Shown: in pieces, positions 62,335 to 64,000 of the stretch
Layout: each line of letters begins with the position of its first letter
Numbering within the stretch: position 1 is the first letter of the stretch
The notes under the pieces: generated by a model
What the model was told of the DNA's origin: nothing
What the model saw: only the letters and a program-made list of their open reading frames with translations
Databases searched by the model: none
Assembly (NCBI RefSeq): GCF_964213995.1
Contig: NW_027590141.1
Coordinates: 186,001 to 250,000 of the forward strand
Direction: 5' to 3'
DNA length: 64,000 bases
Source of the DNA: Mustelus asterias
Lineage: Eukaryota
Translations under genes and position numbers: made by a program

Positions 62335-63891
62335 ATGGAGAAACCATGGAAATGTGCAGACTGTGGGAAAGGATACAGATACCCACATGAGCTGGAAGCT
62401 CATCGGCGCAGCCACACTGGGGAGAGACCATTTACTTGCTCTCAGTGTGGGGAGGGATTCACTCGGTTATTTCACCTGCAGGCACACCAGCGAGTTCATA
62501 CTGGAGAGAGACCATTCACCTGCTCTCAGTGTGGGACGGGATTCACTCAGTTATCCAGCCTGCAGGCACACCAGCGAGTTCATACTGGGGAGAGACCGTT
62601 CACCTGCTCTCAGTGTGAGAAGGGATTCACTGATTTATCCAGCCTGCGGAATCACCAGCGAGTTCACACTGGGGAGAGGCCGTTCACCTGCTCTGAGTGT
62701 GAGAAGGGGTTCAGTCAATTAGCTAACCTGCAGAGACACGAGCGAGTTCACACTGGGGAGAGACCATTCACCTGCTCTCAGTGTGAGAAAGGATTCACTG
62801 ATTTATCCACCCTGCGGAGACACCAGCGAGTTCACACTGGGGAGAGACCATTCACCTGCTCTCAGTGTGAGAAGGGATTCAGTCAATTATCTAAGCTGCA
62901 GACGCACCTGCGTGTTCACACTGGGGAGAGACCGTTCAGCTGCTCTCAGTGTGAGAAGGGATTCACTGATTTATTCACCCTGCGGAGACACCAGCGAGTT
63001 CACACTGGGGAGAGGCCATTCACCTGCTCTCAGTGTGGGAAGGGATTCAGTCAATTATCTAACCTGCAGACACACCAGCGAGTTCACACTGGGGAAAGGC
63101 CATTCACCTGCTCTCAGTGTGAGAAGGGATTCTGTCAGTTATCCAGCCTGCAGGCACATCAGCGAGTTCACACTGGGGAGTGGCCATTCACCTGCTCTCA
63201 GTGTGGGAAGGGATTCAGTCAATTATCTAACCTGCAGACGCACCAGCGAATTCACACTGGGGAGAGACCATTCACCTGCTCTCAGTGTGGGAAGGGATTC
63301 ACTGATTTATCCACCCTGCGGAGACACCAGCGAGTTCACACTGGGGAGTGGCCTTTCACCTGCTCTCAGTGTGGGAAGGGGTTCAGTCAATTATCTAACC
63401 TCCAGACGCACCAGCGAATTCACACTGGGGAGAGACCGTTCACCTGCTCTCAGTGTGGGGAGGGATTCACTGATTTATCCACCCTGCGGAGACACCAGCG
63501 AGTTCACACTGGGGAGAAACCATTCACCTGCTCTCAGTGTGGGAAGGGGTTCAGTCAATTATCTGACCTGCGGACACACCAGCGCATTCACACTGGGGAG
63601 AGGCCATTCACCTGCTCTCAGTGTGGGAAGGGATTCAGAGTTTCATCCCACCTGCTGAGACACCAAAAGTTCATGAGTGATTCCAGGGGTTGGATTCTGC
63701 TGTTATTGTTTCTGCTTTCAATTCCATCCAGGACTGCATTTTGTTCATTCTCACAGTTAGTCATTGGGGAGGGTCGGAGGGTTTCTTTCTGCTGGACTGG
63801 TTGGTCTCACGACTTTGCCTCCAGTGGGCTGATGCTCTTTGAGTCTTGTTGCGAATACCTGGTTTCAGATTTCTCAAGGATCACAGAGTGA
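62335..63891 (+). CDS. C2H2 zinc-finger protein H (16 units, 15 intact; frameshifted hydrophobic tail), paralog of A
   Basis: Near-identical 84-bp repeats. Acceptor TTTTACAG|GATACT at 62011. The 3' UTR is homologous to that of A. Confidence 0.85.
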   Translation: MEKPWKCADCGKGYRYPHELEAHRRSHTGERPFTCSQCGEGFTRLFHLQAHQRVHTGERPFTCSQCGTGFTQLSSLQAHQRVHTGERPFTCSQCEKGFTDLSSLRNHQRVHTGERPFTCSECEKGFSQLANLQRHERVHTGERPFTCSQCEKGFTDLSTLRRHQRVHTGERPFTCSQCEKGFSQLSKLQTHLRVHTGERPFSCSQCEKGFTDLFTLRRHQRVHTGERPFTCSQCGKGFSQLSNLQTHQRVHTGERPFTCSQCEKGFCQLSSLQAHQRVHTGEWPFTCSQCGKGFSQLSNLQTHQRIHTGERPFTCSQCGKGFTDLSTLRRHQRVHTGEWPFTCSQCGKGFSQLSNLQTHQRIHTGERPFTCSQCGEGFTDLSTLRRHQRVHTGEKPFTCSQCGKGFSQLSDLRTHQRIHTGERPFTCSQCGKGFRVSSHLLRHQKFMSDSRGWILLLLFLLSIPSRTAFCSFSQLVIGEGRRVSFCWTGWSHDFASSGLMLFESCCEYLVSDFSRITE

Positions 63892-64000
63892 CAGTGTTAG
63901 GAAGTTCAGAGATATTTAGTCAGCATTTCTGTTTGAAACGCCCGAAATGTCCAACCAATTTCCTTTGTAATTGTTTATTGTCCTTCACCCTTGTAGGCAG

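Overview
This is eukaryotic DNA from a vertebrate, most likely a shark (inferred from HE1/V-SINE-type SINEs, abundant CR1 LINEs, Penelope-like tails and shark-type TCR V genes). There are no prokaryotic genes or CRISPR arrays. The window is a cluster of eight C2H2 zinc-finger (ZNF) genes and pseudogenes with no KRAB-like exon that I can recognise. The outer members form a large inverted duplication of a head-to-head gene pair (about 3.85-9.9 kb versus 54.7-64 kb). The centre (about 26.7-44.2 kb) is an unexpected island. It holds two intact T-cell receptor alpha/delta-type V segments, each with a leader exon and a 23-bp-spacer RSS, plus three V pseudogenes, one of them inverted. It also holds a small tRNA cluster (intact Arg-ACG; decayed Val-CAC x2, Arg-CCT-like, and an intron-containing Pro-CGG) and a truncated unprocessed EMC4 pseudogene. 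I found no D, J or C segment. Other notable items: minimal dimer-type hammerhead ribozyme cores in Penelope-like tails, an LTR-derived 509-bp element with inverted ends and a 5-bp TSD, PRDM9-like minisatellite ZNF arrays, and fossil zinc fingers in the ZNF 5' leaders. All calls were made by eye, and repeat boundaries are approximate.
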